From a virus: a stretch of 64,000 nucleotides of DNA. Under the pieces are notes generated by a model, which saw only the letters and a list, made by a program, of their open reading frames with translations, did not search any database and had not been told where the DNA came from. The stretch is from IMG/VR virus record IMGVR_UViG_3300046170_000301, one strand, 5' to 3'. Positions 29,108 through 38,717 of this stretch are shown here, piece after piece. A program made the position numbers and the translations under genes. Positions within the stretch are counted from its first letter, which is position 1; the number at the start of each line of letters is the position of its first letter.

Positions 29108-32100
29108 TCACTGCTCCTCCCAGGTAATGCTCGCTAGTATCTCTCCTCTATTTACATAACTTCCAGTTCCGTCTCCACTCTTATAGAATGACTTGGATGA
29201 AGCGCAAACATATAGTGTATCAACTAAATCTGTAAGTGGGAAAGAAAGATAATCTTTGTTGTAATCAAAATATGGTTGTAGATTAAACTCTGCACCAGAA
29301 TTTGGAGAGAATAATGTTGTAACTACAGTTCCAGTTCCAGGAATTGGAGACCTTTGCTCACTATCAGTTGCAACAGCAGACAATCTAGAAAGTGAAGATG
29401 ATGGGAATGGAGTTGTAATTGAACTGAAATCTGGGTCATTAGGATTTGGACCCGCCCACTTACCAGCATACAAGAATCTTCCCCTAATAATAATTGGGTC
29501 AAGCGTTACTTCATTTGCACTGAAATAATACTTACCATTTTCTTTTTCAAGAAGTCCTAGCATTGTGAATGCAAGACCAGATGTATCACCTTCTACAGTG
29601 TACCTAAAGTATCCATATACTTTTTCCCCCTCTGCCAAATATGTTCCACCAGTTTCTGTAATCTCTGCAGTTGGAAGTAGAGTTTTCTTTCCTCGTTGTC
29701 CAATGTTTATGCCACTATTAATAGCAACACTAGCAAGACCATTTGGAGTATCAAATGTCTGGAAGATTGGTGATTTAATTAACTGAATAACAAGAGATTC
29801 TGAACTTGATGTAGCGCCAGTAGCAAGTCTTGTTGGATAAATCTGAACTCTATTTCTTACACCATTGATTTCTTTTCTACACTTAAGTCCAACAAGTGGT
29901 TGTGGTCTATCAACAACTAAAGAAATATCTCCAGTAGTAGCACTTAGAGTTCTGCTCAAATAAAGTCTGCTGGTATCTGCCCAAACAACTCTAACATCCT
30001 GGTCATTGGGGTCTCCAGTAACAACTCTAGCATTCATATAATAATCACCAACATCAGGACCACCATTAGTATTAGTAATCTCCAAAGCAGGAGCATTAAT
30101 ATAACTTACCCCAAAAGTTTGGTTTTGATTTGTTCCAGAGTAATCAAATAATGTTGCATTAGCAGAATCTTGAATCAAATACTTAGAACCACCAACTTCT
30201 TTTAGTGTTTCTGAGGCATAACTAAACAGTCTTACAGTTCCTCTATCACCACCATCAATGTAGTAAGAAGCACCATACTTAGTTAGTTGTTCTGAGAAAG
30301 AACCGTAGCCAGATTCCGTATTGGCAATTCTAGATTCATTTAGATAACCATATCTATTTTCACTACCACCACCATATACCATGTAAGTAATTGGTAGTGT
30401 AGCATTACCAAGAGAAGCAACTTTCAACTGGTTAGATGCTCTAAGGTGATGAACTCTTACCCATCTTGCTTCGTTGTTTTCTACAGGAACATAAGCAAGG
30501 AATGTAGCACCAACAGCACCATACCATGAGAATTCAATCTTATACATGGTAACTTTTGTTGGGTCTAAATCCCATACACTTTCAAATTGAATCTGGTCTC
30601 CTGTTGCTTCCTCAAGAACTGGTTGACCAGCTCTTTTATCAATTACATTGTCACTATAAACAACATCAGTATCAATTCCATTTAGTTTCTCTCCACTAAA
30701 TCTACTGCGAGGAACACGATACTCATATACTTTATAGTATTCTGGATTTACATTAAACCAAACCCAGTTTTTATAAAGTCTCTTGTTAACATAGTTAATC
30801 TGTGCTTTCAAATCAGTAATATTTGATGTTGCTGTATCAATGTATCCAACAGAGTTTGGATCGGATGCACCACCAGCAGGATAAACATATGGGAAAGCAC
30901 CATCAACATATCCAGGAGCAAAATCATTTAGAGAACTATCTGTATAGTTTTGTCCTTTATATGCTCTAACATCATTTGGAAGAATAAATGGTGTTGGAGT
31001 TTGTAAAGTAAATCCTGCATTTGCAAGGTCCCCAGAAGTTGTTGATGCAATATTAAATGCACCGACATCACTATATGCTAACGAGGTATCAGAACCTCCC
31101 CATGGGTTTGTTGGATTTGTTGTGCTTCCACCACCAACAGAAGTATATGATTCTTCATTAGAAGGATTGGAGCACAATCTTACTTGCTGATAAACTCCAC
31201 CAGCCTCAGAAAGAACATTTCTAATCTCATGAATATACCAAATAGAACCATCAGGAAGTGTATCTAATGTATCTGAAGTTATATTTTCAGTCGAACCATT
31301 CTTATTGAAGTATACGTTCTGTCCTTGTTGAAGTAATTCCTTTCCTTCTGGAACAAGAACTTTCATCCACTTGTATGCATTAGAACCATCATCAAAAAGT
31401 TCTACAATATTATAGTTTACTTTTTCTTTTAACAGAGAAACATCATGTGCTGCACCATGAGTCATAATCAACCCATCTCGTAGCACACACATCTCGCCAG
31501 CGGCAGAACCTGATGGCGCTGGAATAGAAGCGAATCCAGCAACTCCAAGTGCATCAATAAGAATGTCAAAAAGATTAGCAGCAGCGGTAGCAGCACCACC
31601 CTCAGCAGAAGTTAGTGTTCCCGAACCAGCAGCATAAGCAGATACAGAAGTTAATCCATTAACACCAGTTACAGAGATATTACTTGGAGCAGAACCGCCA
31701 AGAATAGTAGTAATAGCGTTCTTGATAGCAGTGTATCTATTAATCTCTGCTCCTGGATTATCAAGATAAAGACCTTTGGTATACTTGTTAAAAAATCTTA
31801 GGGTGTTATAAACAGTGCTGGCATTACCACCATACTTAAGGTCATGTAATACACCCTCAATGACAAGACCAGAGTCTCTACGACACTTATCGTATTCTTC
31901 TGGGTCATTTTCTGGGTCTCCAGGAACAGGAACAGCAACTTCTTGGAGGTATCTTTTGTTTGCTTTTAATACTTCATAAGCATTAGGATATTTTGGTGCA
32001 TTAGATTCAATCTGCGGAACACCGACCCATGCATAATCTTGAAACTGCTGGTCAGATGCAGTTCCAAATGGAAGAGGATTATCTCTAATAATAGATTGAG

Positions 32101-32743
32101 TTCTTCTTACACAAGTAAAGTTATCACCAAGCGCATCATTTCTAGACTCATAATAATATCCATCAAATTTATCAAAAATACCATACTTTTTAATAGCAGG
32201 GTTTCTTACAGCAACATTACCATATCCTTGATTAGTATTATAGATTGTATAAGGAGCACGATTTAGTTTAACCCCAAATGTAGCAGCAGAAACACGTCCA
32301 GGTTGATAACGGAAAAATCTTTTTGATGTAAGAATAGAATAATTATCTGCTGGTGCTTCAATCATAGCACCTGCTTCTTCAGCAATGTGGGTTAGGCCCC
32401 AGTCTTGGTCTCCACCATAATTATTGTAAAGTTCATACAAACTACCATTATCTTGATACTGCTCAAGAGAAGTAAACTGCTCTGGGAATGAAGTCCACTC
32501 AGTTGGGTTTACATCATAAGTGTTAACGTCAGCAAAAATACCAAGTGCTACCTCAGAACGAGGTATTCCAAGTAGTGATAATGCTACTTCGGATTGTTGT
32601 TTATTCTGTTCTTCAACAGGAATAGGTGATTGGTCACTGGCAACAACAACTGGAACAGAATTAGCAGATGTTTGTTGACCAGGAGGGACTGGGGCGGTTC
32701 TTCCGACAACAACAACTGCTGAATTATTATTTACACCTGCCAT
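29108..32743 (-). CDS. Large virion structural protein (1211 aa)
   Basis: FRYQPGRVS, VTMYKIEFSWYGAVG, YIDGGDRG, C-terminal TWEEQ, internal KCRRDSGLVIEGVLHDLKYGGN; TATAAATA promoter at about 32802-32809. Confidence 0.65.
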   Translation of the reverse strand: MAGVNNNSAVVVVGRTAPVPPGQQTSANSVPVVVASDQSPIPVEEQNKQQSEVALSLLGIPRSEVALGIFADVNTYDVNPTEWTSFPEQFTSLEQYQDNGSLYELYNNYGGDQDWGLTHIAEEAGAMIEAPADNYSILTSKRFFRYQPGRVSAATFGVKLNRAPYTIYNTNQGYGNVAVRNPAIKKYGIFDKFDGYYYESRNDALGDNFTCVRRTQSIIRDNPLPFGTASDQQFQDYAWVGVPQIESNAPKYPNAYEVLKANKRYLQEVAVPVPGDPENDPEEYDKCRRDSGLVIEGVLHDLKYGGNASTVYNTLRFFNKYTKGLYLDNPGAEINRYTAIKNAITTILGGSAPSNISVTGVNGLTSVSAYAAGSGTLTSAEGGAATAAANLFDILIDALGVAGFASIPAPSGSAAGEMCVLRDGLIMTHGAAHDVSLLKEKVNYNIVELFDDGSNAYKWMKVLVPEGKELLQQGQNVYFNKNGSTENITSDTLDTLPDGSIWYIHEIRNVLSEAGGVYQQVRLCSNPSNEESYTSVGGGSTTNPTNPWGGSDTSLAYSDVGAFNIASTTSGDLANAGFTLQTPTPFILPNDVRAYKGQNYTDSSLNDFAPGYVDGAFPYVYPAGGASDPNSVGYIDTATSNITDLKAQINYVNKRLYKNWVWFNVNPEYYKVYEYRVPRSRFSGEKLNGIDTDVVYSDNVIDKRAGQPVLEEATGDQIQFESVWDLDPTKVTMYKIEFSWYGAVGATFLAYVPVENNEARWVRVHHLRASNQLKVASLGNATLPITYMVYGGGSENRYGYLNESRIANTESGYGSFSEQLTKYGASYYIDGGDRGTVRLFSYASETLKEVGGSKYLIQDSANATLFDYSGTNQNQTFGVSYINAPALEITNTNGGPDVGDYYMNARVVTGDPNDQDVRVVWADTSRLYLSRTLSATTGDISLVVDRPQPLVGLKCRKEINGVRNRVQIYPTRLATGATSSSESLVIQLIKSPIFQTFDTPNGLASVAINSGINIGQRGKKTLLPTAEITETGGTYLAEGEKVYGYFRYTVEGDTSGLAFTMLGLLEKENGKYYFSANEVTLDPIIIRGRFLYAGKWAGPNPNDPDFSSITTPFPSSSLSRLSAVATDSEQRSPIPGTGTVVTTLFSPNSGAEFNLQPYFDYNKDYLSFPLTDLVDTLYVCASSKSFYKSGDGTGSYVNRGEILASITWEEQ

Positions 32744-32809
32744 TTTTTACTCCTAATGTGCTTTAATTGCGTAGCAACTTGTATGGTTATTTCTTTAATA
32801 TATTTATAA

Positions 32810-35578
32810 TTAAGAGACTACCGAGAACACTCCTTTAGCAATAAGGAATCTTTCTCTTAGTTGAATATATCCAGTTCCTTTTGTTGGTGTTGCTCCCACT
32901 CCAGTAATAGTAGTGGCAGTTAAATTACCAGATGAAGACTCTTCTAGATAAGGAAGCAATACAAGTTTATTTTGAGCACCCGCTTGCTTTTCTTTAATTC
33001 TCCAAACATCAACATTAGATGATGGGCTGAATGAGTGTGCAACTAGTTTGATATAATCATCAACAGCAACTGCATCAAATGTTGCAGCATTACTTACAAC
33101 AACAGTGTATTCTCCAGAAGAATATGTTCCAATTCCAAGAACATTATTAATATCGTTACCGATATCTTTATACTCAATGCCAGTTGCTTGGTAAACGTTA
33201 TATGTATTTTGAGTTGGTGCCGATATCAAAGTACTATTTGCTGCGGGCATTCTAAATCTAATCTGCCCAATAGTAATGTCATCAACTGGGTCCAAATTAC
33301 TATCAACTGGATTGACATATGTAAATACATCCCCACCAGCACCAGTAAGAATAGGACTAGCAAAGTCTACGGTTTCTGTTCCTCCAGATACAGTTGCTTC
33401 ATACACATTGAATCTTAGAGTAACATCACTCAAATCTTTTCCAACTCCAAATTCAATATATTGATACACAGGGGTTTCATTATCAACTCCATACTTAACG
33501 GAGATATTTACCCCATCATAGTCACTATCATACAAATCAGGAACAGCAATGTATTCATCAGAAGGACCTAGTATAAGATTATTCAATACACTTGTATTGA
33601 CAGAACCATAAATTTTAATTCCAGAACCACAGTTTCTTACAATACAACCATTAATAGCAAGAACTTTTCCCGTAGTAAAGTCTAATGCTCCTGGATAATT
33701 CTGGAATACTGATGCATTTACTTTAGTATTCTCACAATCTGTCATCAATACACAGTCAGTCTCATATCTTTCTGTTTCTGCACCATTAATAAAGTTACAG
33801 TTTTCAATAGAAAAATTAACAGACCCTTCTGCAAACAAAGCAGGACCAGAACTATTTCTTATTTTAACATTTTGTAATTTAACAAACTCGCTATTAGGCA
33901 ATCCAATTAAAGCGTTATTTGTTTCTAATCCCAAATCACTAAAGTCATATAATATTTCACCAGTAGCATTACCATCAAGTGTAATATCACCTAAAGTAAA
34001 ATTGTTTAGTGTCCAAGTAGATGAAGCATTTTCAAAATTATATGTCTTAGAGATAAACATAGCATTACGAAGACCAGATCTCTCAACAGAACTAATGTTT
34101 GTTGTTGTCCAGTATTGCTTTTTAAATATTGTAGCATCTGCTAATCCACGTAAAGTAAATCCATTTAGTAACTCAATAGTGTCAATTAAATACAAACCAC
34201 CAGGCATAATTAAGAAGTTTTTGCCAGAACTAGCAGCGGCATCTATTGCAGTTTGAATAGGAACAGTATCATCATGAACAATGCTAATATCATTATTTAA
34301 ATCTCCTTGAAGACCAGGAATATCAATCCAAAAAGAACCTTCACCACCATTAATATTCCTGATAGCACCAGTTGCCCATCCTCTTTTAGAATCCGATGGA
34401 GGATTTACTGGCATATGAACAGTATTGCTTGAGTATTCTCCCTTAGAATTTCTATTTGTCCATGAAGTTACATCATACTCACCATAATCCTGCCAGTTTG
34501 CATTCAATGTGTCTGATGTAAACTCTTTTGGTCCAAGAACTGCAATAAGTTTAAATGGCGTTTGGTCTGTTCCAATATTTGTGATGGCATTTTGAGCACT
34601 TACTTCTGCATCTGCTCCAGAAAACTCTGCTCGGTAAACAAGAATACCATTTCCTCTCACTCTTGTTAAGTTTAACACATTATAATTTGCTTCATTTATC
34701 TCGTTGGATGAAAGATTTTCTACAACGTCTGGATAAACAACAAACTCACTAACATCACCATTGTCTAGTGTGTAGTGAGCGAAAGCATATGCATAAAAAG
34801 AATGGGGAGTTTTTCCATCGTTAAATAAAACAGATTCAAATGAAGCAGTAATGGTTTGAGACCCAATAACAGGAGCACTTGGAAGGTCTTGTAATGGTGT
34901 CAAACTAGCACCAAAGATTTTTACATAATGATTAGCAGCAAAGTTAGAAATGTCTAATCTATTTTGTAAAACAACTTTCAAATAAGTATTAGAACCATCA
35001 ACTTGATACGAACTAGAAGAAACTTCATACTCATCGCCATCACCAGAAGCACCAAATTGTTCAGCAACACCGAAGTCTGTTTCTACTGGAAGCAACATAT
35101 TATAGTATGTTGTTCCATCATTAGTAAACTGCCATCTTTGTGATGCTTCACTCCATTTTAAAACTGTATCATCTTCATCACCACGATTAACAATAATGTT
35201 TGCATCATCTGTTGGAGGACCAACAACATCATTATTAAGTTTAATCTCGTTAGAACCAACCCCAAGATTACTAAGTCCAATGCTCGTTCCGTTTACCCGC
35301 AAGGAACCATTAATAACTACATCTCTTGATGCTGTAATGTCTCTAAAAGTAACATCAGAAGTAGTAGAAATCTGTTGCGGCAATCCTGCCCATTGAAGTC
35401 CAGTGCCAGTTGAGGTTAGGTATTGGCCAGATGTTCCAACACCAATACCATCACCGCTAGTATCTAATGGACCAAGTATTGTTAATACTTTACCAGTACT
35501 AATTTTAAGTCCTTTAATAGCTTCAACCTGACCATCATTGTCTAGGTTAGTTATTCTATCAGTTTTTACGAGAGACAT
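32810..35578 (-). CDS. Tail fibre/spike protein with right-handed beta-helix (pectate-lyase-like) region
   Basis: N-terminal fibre motifs (GTSGQYLTSTGTGLQW, NRG...WSE..QRWQFTNDG); DDTVPIQTAID...MPGGLYLI and repeated INGCIVRNC-type strands. Confidence 0.7.
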   Translation of the reverse strand: MSLVKTDRITNLDNDGQVEAIKGLKISTGKVLTILGPLDTSGDGIGVGTSGQYLTSTGTGLQWAGLPQQISTTSDVTFRDITASRDVVINGSLRVNGTSIGLSNLGVGSNEIKLNNDVVGPPTDDANIIVNRGDEDDTVLKWSEASQRWQFTNDGTTYYNMLLPVETDFGVAEQFGASGDGDEYEVSSSSYQVDGSNTYLKVVLQNRLDISNFAANHYVKIFGASLTPLQDLPSAPVIGSQTITASFESVLFNDGKTPHSFYAYAFAHYTLDNGDVSEFVVYPDVVENLSSNEINEANYNVLNLTRVRGNGILVYRAEFSGADAEVSAQNAITNIGTDQTPFKLIAVLGPKEFTSDTLNANWQDYGEYDVTSWTNRNSKGEYSSNTVHMPVNPPSDSKRGWATGAIRNINGGEGSFWIDIPGLQGDLNNDISIVHDDTVPIQTAIDAAASSGKNFLIMPGGLYLIDTIELLNGFTLRGLADATIFKKQYWTTTNISSVERSGLRNAMFISKTYNFENASSTWTLNNFTLGDITLDGNATGEILYDFSDLGLETNNALIGLPNSEFVKLQNVKIRNSSGPALFAEGSVNFSIENCNFINGAETERYETDCVLMTDCENTKVNASVFQNYPGALDFTTGKVLAINGCIVRNCGSGIKIYGSVNTSVLNNLILGPSDEYIAVPDLYDSDYDGVNISVKYGVDNETPVYQYIEFGVGKDLSDVTLRFNVYEATVSGGTETVDFASPILTGAGGDVFTYVNPVDSNLDPVDDITIGQIRFRMPAANSTLISAPTQNTYNVYQATGIEYKDIGNDINNVLGIGTYSSGEYTVVVSNAATFDAVAVDDYIKLVAHSFSPSSNVDVWRIKEKQAGAQNKLVLLPYLEESSSGNLTATTITGVGATPTKGTGYIQLRERFLIAKGVFSVVS

Positions 35579-35627
35579 TCTGCTATACGAGCACTAGATT
35601 TCCTTTTATGCATGTATTTATATCATT

Positions 35628-35650
35628 AAAAAACCCTCCCGAAGGAGGGT
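35628..35650 (-). terminator. Terminator after hli
   Basis: ACCCTCC-TTCG-GGAGGGT followed by a T-tract. Confidence 0.8.
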
Positions 35651-35656
35651 AAAATA

Positions 35657-35773
35657 TCAAAGAACTCCAGGAATTAGTTGCCCAGTAGTAAGATAAGTTC
35701 CAACGGCAATAACAAAGCCAAGCATTGCCAAGCGTCCGTTGAGAATTTCTACACGATCGTTGAATCCAAACAT
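35657..35773 (-). CDS. hli: High-light-inducible protein (38 aa)
   Basis: MFGFNDRVEILNGRLAMLGFVIAVGTYLTTGQLIPGVL*: ExxNGRxAMxG and TGQxIPG motifs; AGGAGG SD. Confidence 0.92.
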   Translation of the reverse strand: MFGFNDRVEILNGRLAMLGFVIAVGTYLTTGQLIPGVL

Positions 35774-35796
35774 TTGAGTTTCCTCCTTAAGGTAAA

Positions 35797-36627
35797 TTAG
35801 AATTTGAAGCCAAGACCAACAGTACCAACAGGTGAATACTGTCCGTCGTTGTTTTGATTGACGCTGTTATTTTGGAAAGGGAGCTTCACGTTAGCAAAAC
35901 CAACAAAGGAATCACTAAGGCGAGCTTCACTTCCAATCATAGCATAACCACCAGTGTTCTCACCATACATATTGTAAGAATTGTTAGGAGCACCGATAGC
36001 ACCGCCAACACCAACACCAGCGTTCACGTTCCAGGTAGCAACTGTGGAACCACCCTCAAGGGTCTTACGAGACAGAGGGTAATCAAAAGTCACAGCACCA
36101 CCCAGAAGGGTTTGGTTGTTGTCGTTGAAGGTCAGTTCGGGACGAAGGGAGATGGCGGCGTTGTTGTCCCACTGATACACACGGGCACGACCAACAATGG
36201 TAGCACCAGCAGTGTAATCTCCACCAACAGAGTCGTCGGAATAACCAGTGAAACCAAGACCAACGTAGTTACCAATCTGATAGTTACGACGTTGATCATC
36301 AACCTCAAGAGCAGTCAACCTCGGACCATATTCAGAACGAAGAGCAGCAGCAAGAGCGGCATCAGCAACAGTATAAAACTCAACAATGTTGGAGAGACAA
36401 TGATTAGTAAGTGCGGCCATTTGAGCACGAGTGGCTGGTTCTCCTGGACGGAAGGTTCCATCAAGAAACCCTTCAGCACAACCATAACGCTCCTTAAGGT
36501 TCAGGATCGCTTGATATGCCCAGTTAGTAGGCTGGACATCAGGAAACTGTACCTGTGGCGTTGCCATGGCAGGAGCAGCAAATGAAGTGGCAGCAACAGC
36601 ACCAGCAACAATAGAACGAAGTTTCAT
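35797..36627 (-). CDS. SLH-domain outer-membrane (Som/porin-like) protein
   Basis: Signal peptide; FPDVQPTNWAYQAI..L.ERYGC..G..DGTFRP...TRAQMAAL matches the cyanobacterial porin SLH domain; C-terminal GLGFKF beta-signal. Confidence 0.8.
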   Translation of the reverse strand: MKLRSIVAGAVAATSFAAPAMATPQVQFPDVQPTNWAYQAILNLKERYGCAEGFLDGTFRPGEPATRAQMAALTNHCLSNIVEFYTVADAALAAALRSEYGPRLTALEVDDQRRNYQIGNYVGLGFTGYSDDSVGGDYTAGATIVGRARVYQWDNNAAISLRPELTFNDNNQTLLGGAVTFDYPLSRKTLEGGSTVATWNVNAGVGVGGAIGAPNNSYNMYGENTGGYAMIGSEARLSDSFVGFANVKLPFQNNSVNQNNDGQYSPVGTVGLGFKF

Positions 36628-36696
36628 AGTTTAAGTAAAAATAACTACAAGGTTTATTTAGTGTTCTCCATTACATTTTCGTAATGTTTTGGAGAA

Positions 36697-36767
36697 AGCG
36701 AGTGACGGGGATCGAACCCGTGACAAGAGCTTGGAAGGCTCGCATGTTACCGCTACACCACACTCGC
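36697..36767 (-). tRNA. tRNA-Gly(UCC)
   Basis: Acceptor GCGAGTG/CACTCGC; anticodon arm GAGC-CTTCCAA-GCTC; GGTTCGATCC T-loop. Confidence 0.9.
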
Positions 36768-36799
36768 AAGGGTGTGAGGGCGTTACTCCTCCATATAGT

Positions 36800-37054
36800 T
36801 TATCCGAAACTGATGACATCTTCAGATATGGGGGAAATATTATCTGTCATATAAAAATCGTAAAGTGTTCCTCCAGTATTAAAATCAGTTGTTGTGCTAA
36901 TTTTAATATCACCAACACTGGCAAGATTGTTACGTGAACGAACTTTGTTATATAAATCAAACAAATCAGTAATTACATCATCGTAACCAGCATCAAGAGC
37001 TTCAATAAGAACACGACGAATGAAATCTACAGAGCTTGATTGTTCTTGTGTCAT
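36800..37054 (-). CDS. Hypothetical protein
   Basis: MTQEQSSSVDFIRRVL...EDVISFG, behind a consensus promoter. Confidence 0.55.
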   Translation of the reverse strand: MTQEQSSSVDFIRRVLIEALDAGYDDVITDLFDLYNKVRSRNNLASVGDIKISTTTDFNTGGTLYDFYMTDNISPISEDVISFG

Positions 37055-37078
37055 AGTGTTTTTTGAAAGGACCTTCAA

Positions 37079-37107
37079 ATTATAGCAGTTGAAGCGTGTG
37101 CTGTCAA
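37079..37107 (-). promoter_or_regulatory. Consensus sigma70 promoter
   Basis: TTGACA (37102-37107), 17 bp, TATAAT (37079-37084) with extended TG. Confidence 0.75.
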
Positions 37108-37112
37108 CTAAG

Positions 37113-37184
37113 TCGGAGCATTTGGAATCGAACCAAAATCGCCAGTTCCCAAAACTGGAATGTTGACCATTATACTATGCCCCG
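37113..37184 (-). tRNA. tRNA-Pro(UGG)
   Basis: Acceptor CGGGGCA/TGCTCCG; arm CCAGT-TTTGGGA-ACTGG. Confidence 0.85.
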
Positions 37185-37267
37185 TTTCGATGTATGAACA
37201 TGATACCATAGATAGGAACCATGATCAAGAGAAATGCCAATAAACCAACGAATATTGGCATTTCCAT
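37175..37267 (-). CDS. 30 aa single-TM peptide
   Basis: MEMPIFVGLLAFLLIMVPIYGIMFIHRNGA*; stop falls inside the tRNA-Pro 5' end. Confidence 0.4.
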   Translation of the reverse strand: MEMPIFVGLLAFLLIMVPIYGIMFIHRNGA

Positions 37268-37290
37268 TAAATTGGCAATTAAATTAGTAA

Positions 37291-37542
37291 TCATCTCACC
37301 TCAAAATCTAATCTACGAACCTTTCTTTTACGACGGTTCTCCTGAAACTCCATATCTTGTTTATTCAAGAGTTGGGGGGTCGTCTTCTGTCGGGGGTTTG
37401 ATATAATTTCCACTAAGGATAAGTTCTTGGCGCTTATGTTTGTACCACGGATGCTCGTAAGGTTGTCGCATTGGCAACTTCTCATCTGTGATGGGTGCTC
37501 CTCTAATTGCTTCCCGCAATTCTTGCATCTGATTATTAACAT
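37291..37542 (-). CDS. Zn-ribbon hypothetical protein, cyanophage-conserved
   Basis: CxxC...CxC motif; C-terminal RRKRKVRRLDFEVR. Confidence 0.65.
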   Translation of the reverse strand: MLIIRCKNCGKQLEEHPSQMRSCQCDNLTSIRGTNISAKNLSLVEIISNPRQKTTPQLLNKQDMEFQENRRKRKVRRLDFEVR

Positions 37543-37642
37543 CTATAATCATCCTTTTAATATCTTCCAATTTTTCATGAATATCTTGATGATGAAACCG
37601 TAGAGGTTTCTGAATCAATTTGTTTAATTTCTTTTTCTTCAT
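37361..37642 (-). CDS. Hypothetical protein overlapping the Zn-ribbon gene
   Basis: MKKKKLNKLIQKPLRFHHQDIHE...; long overlap with 37291-37542. Confidence 0.45.
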   Translation of the reverse strand: MKKKKLNKLIQKPLRFHHQDIHEKLEDIKRMIIDVNNQMQELREAIRGAPITDEKLPMRQPYEHPWYKHKRQELILSGNYIKPPTEDDPPTLE

Positions 37643-37659
37643 ATTATTTATATGGATAA

Positions 37660-37733
37660 TGGGAGATACTGGATTTGAACCTAAGACTTCTTGGTTCATA
37701 GCCAAGCACTCTGTACAACTGAGTTAAGAGAGT
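37660..37733 (-). pseudogene. Chimeric pseudo-tRNA (anticodon AUG; probably Arg(ACG)-derived 5' part fused to another tRNA's 3' end)
   Basis: Good D and anticodon arms (CTTGG-CTATGAA-CCAAG), but the T-stem (TTAGG vs CCAGT) and acceptor do not pair. Confidence 0.65.
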
Positions 37734-37740
37734 ATTAATT

Positions 37741-37815
37741 TGGCGAAGGGTGAGAGATTTGAACTCCCATCGCAAGGTTTTGGAGACCTGCATCTTACCA
37801 TTAGAATAACCCAAC
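37741..37815 (-). tRNA. tRNA-Trp(CCA), imperfect acceptor stem
   Basis: AGGT-CTCCAAA-ACCT arm, encoded CCA end; acceptor GTTGGGT/ACCCTTC has two U-U mismatches. Confidence 0.65.
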
Positions 37816-37827
37816 AAAATTTATAGT

Positions 37828-37881
37828 GGGAGTGTGGAGTCGAATCAACGAAGGTTTTACCCTCACGGTTTAGCAAAACCT
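37828..37881 (-). pseudogene. tRNA-Ser(GCU)-like remnant
   Basis: GGTT-TTGCTAA-ACCG anticodon region, long variable arm GAGGGTAAAACCTTC and TTCGAC loop; no 5' half. Confidence 0.45.
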
Positions 37882-37942
37882 TGATAGGAACTAGCATTAT
37901 AGAAAATTATAGGGAGTGGAATTTACTCCCTTCTAAGTATTA

Positions 37943-38581
37943 CTAGGCAGCAAAACCAACCTTTGTTTTTATAATAGTTCTATTTGACTTAAACAAGGAA
38001 ATACCCGTTGGCTTACCGTAGTTTTTAACAGTTTTAAGCCTATCTTCGTTGGAATAAAAATCTCTTCGTATTCTTTTTGATTTATCAATAATCAACTCAA
38101 TAACATCACTTATAGGGCAACTTCCTATAACAGTTGAATATAAAATAGTTTTACCTTCATCATAGAAAGCAAAAAGTTGATCCAATTGTTCCAAAAACTT
38201 TACTGTTGATTTTTGATTGTATGAGGTTCCCATATATTGATGAATTAAATTCAAATAATAATCCACACAAACAGCGTGAATACTCCTCAAGGATAGATCA
38301 AGGCTTCCATCAGATCTTGTGTAGTAATAAACTTTAGCAATACCATTTCTTCGAGTATAAAGATCTTTTGAAATAAAAGGGGACTGTTCTTCTGGAAAAG
38401 ACATCCATAGATGATCCAAGCGGGTACTAGGACATTCGTTAAGTGGCTTATCCATTTTAAATTCTTTGATGGAAACATTCATCAAACAAAGATGATGCTC
38501 ATCTTCACGCTTACGCCATTCTGATAGATGCCCCTGAAAAAGAACCTGCTTACCTTCAAATGGAACTAATTGGCTTCTCAT
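37943..38581 (-). CDS. Hypothetical protein inside the tRNA cluster
   Basis: 212 aa ORF, no motif recognised; followed by hairpin GGGAGT...ACTCCC at about 37912-37930. Confidence 0.6.
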   Translation of the reverse strand: MRSQLVPFEGKQVLFQGHLSEWRKREDEHHLCLMNVSIKEFKMDKPLNECPSTRLDHLWMSFPEEQSPFISKDLYTRRNGIAKVYYYTRSDGSLDLSLRSIHAVCVDYYLNLIHQYMGTSYNQKSTVKFLEQLDQLFAFYDEGKTILYSTVIGSCPISDVIELIIDKSKRIRRDFYSNEDRLKTVKNYGKPTGISLFKSNRTIIKTKVGFAA

Positions 38582-38645
38582 AATATAGTATCAATTATTA
38601 TTAATAAGAGTAACAATTTACCCGTATGTTACTTGGAACAACCAA

Positions 38646-38717
38646 CAGGCGTACCTGGACTCGAACCAGGAATAAGGGTTTAGAAGACCCGTGTGATATC
38701 CGTTTCACCATACGCCC
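38646..38717 (-). tRNA. tRNA-Arg(UCU)
   Basis: Acceptor GGGCGTA/TACGCCT; GGGT-CTTCTAA-ACCC; CCTGG-TTCGAGT-CCAGG. Confidence 0.88.
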
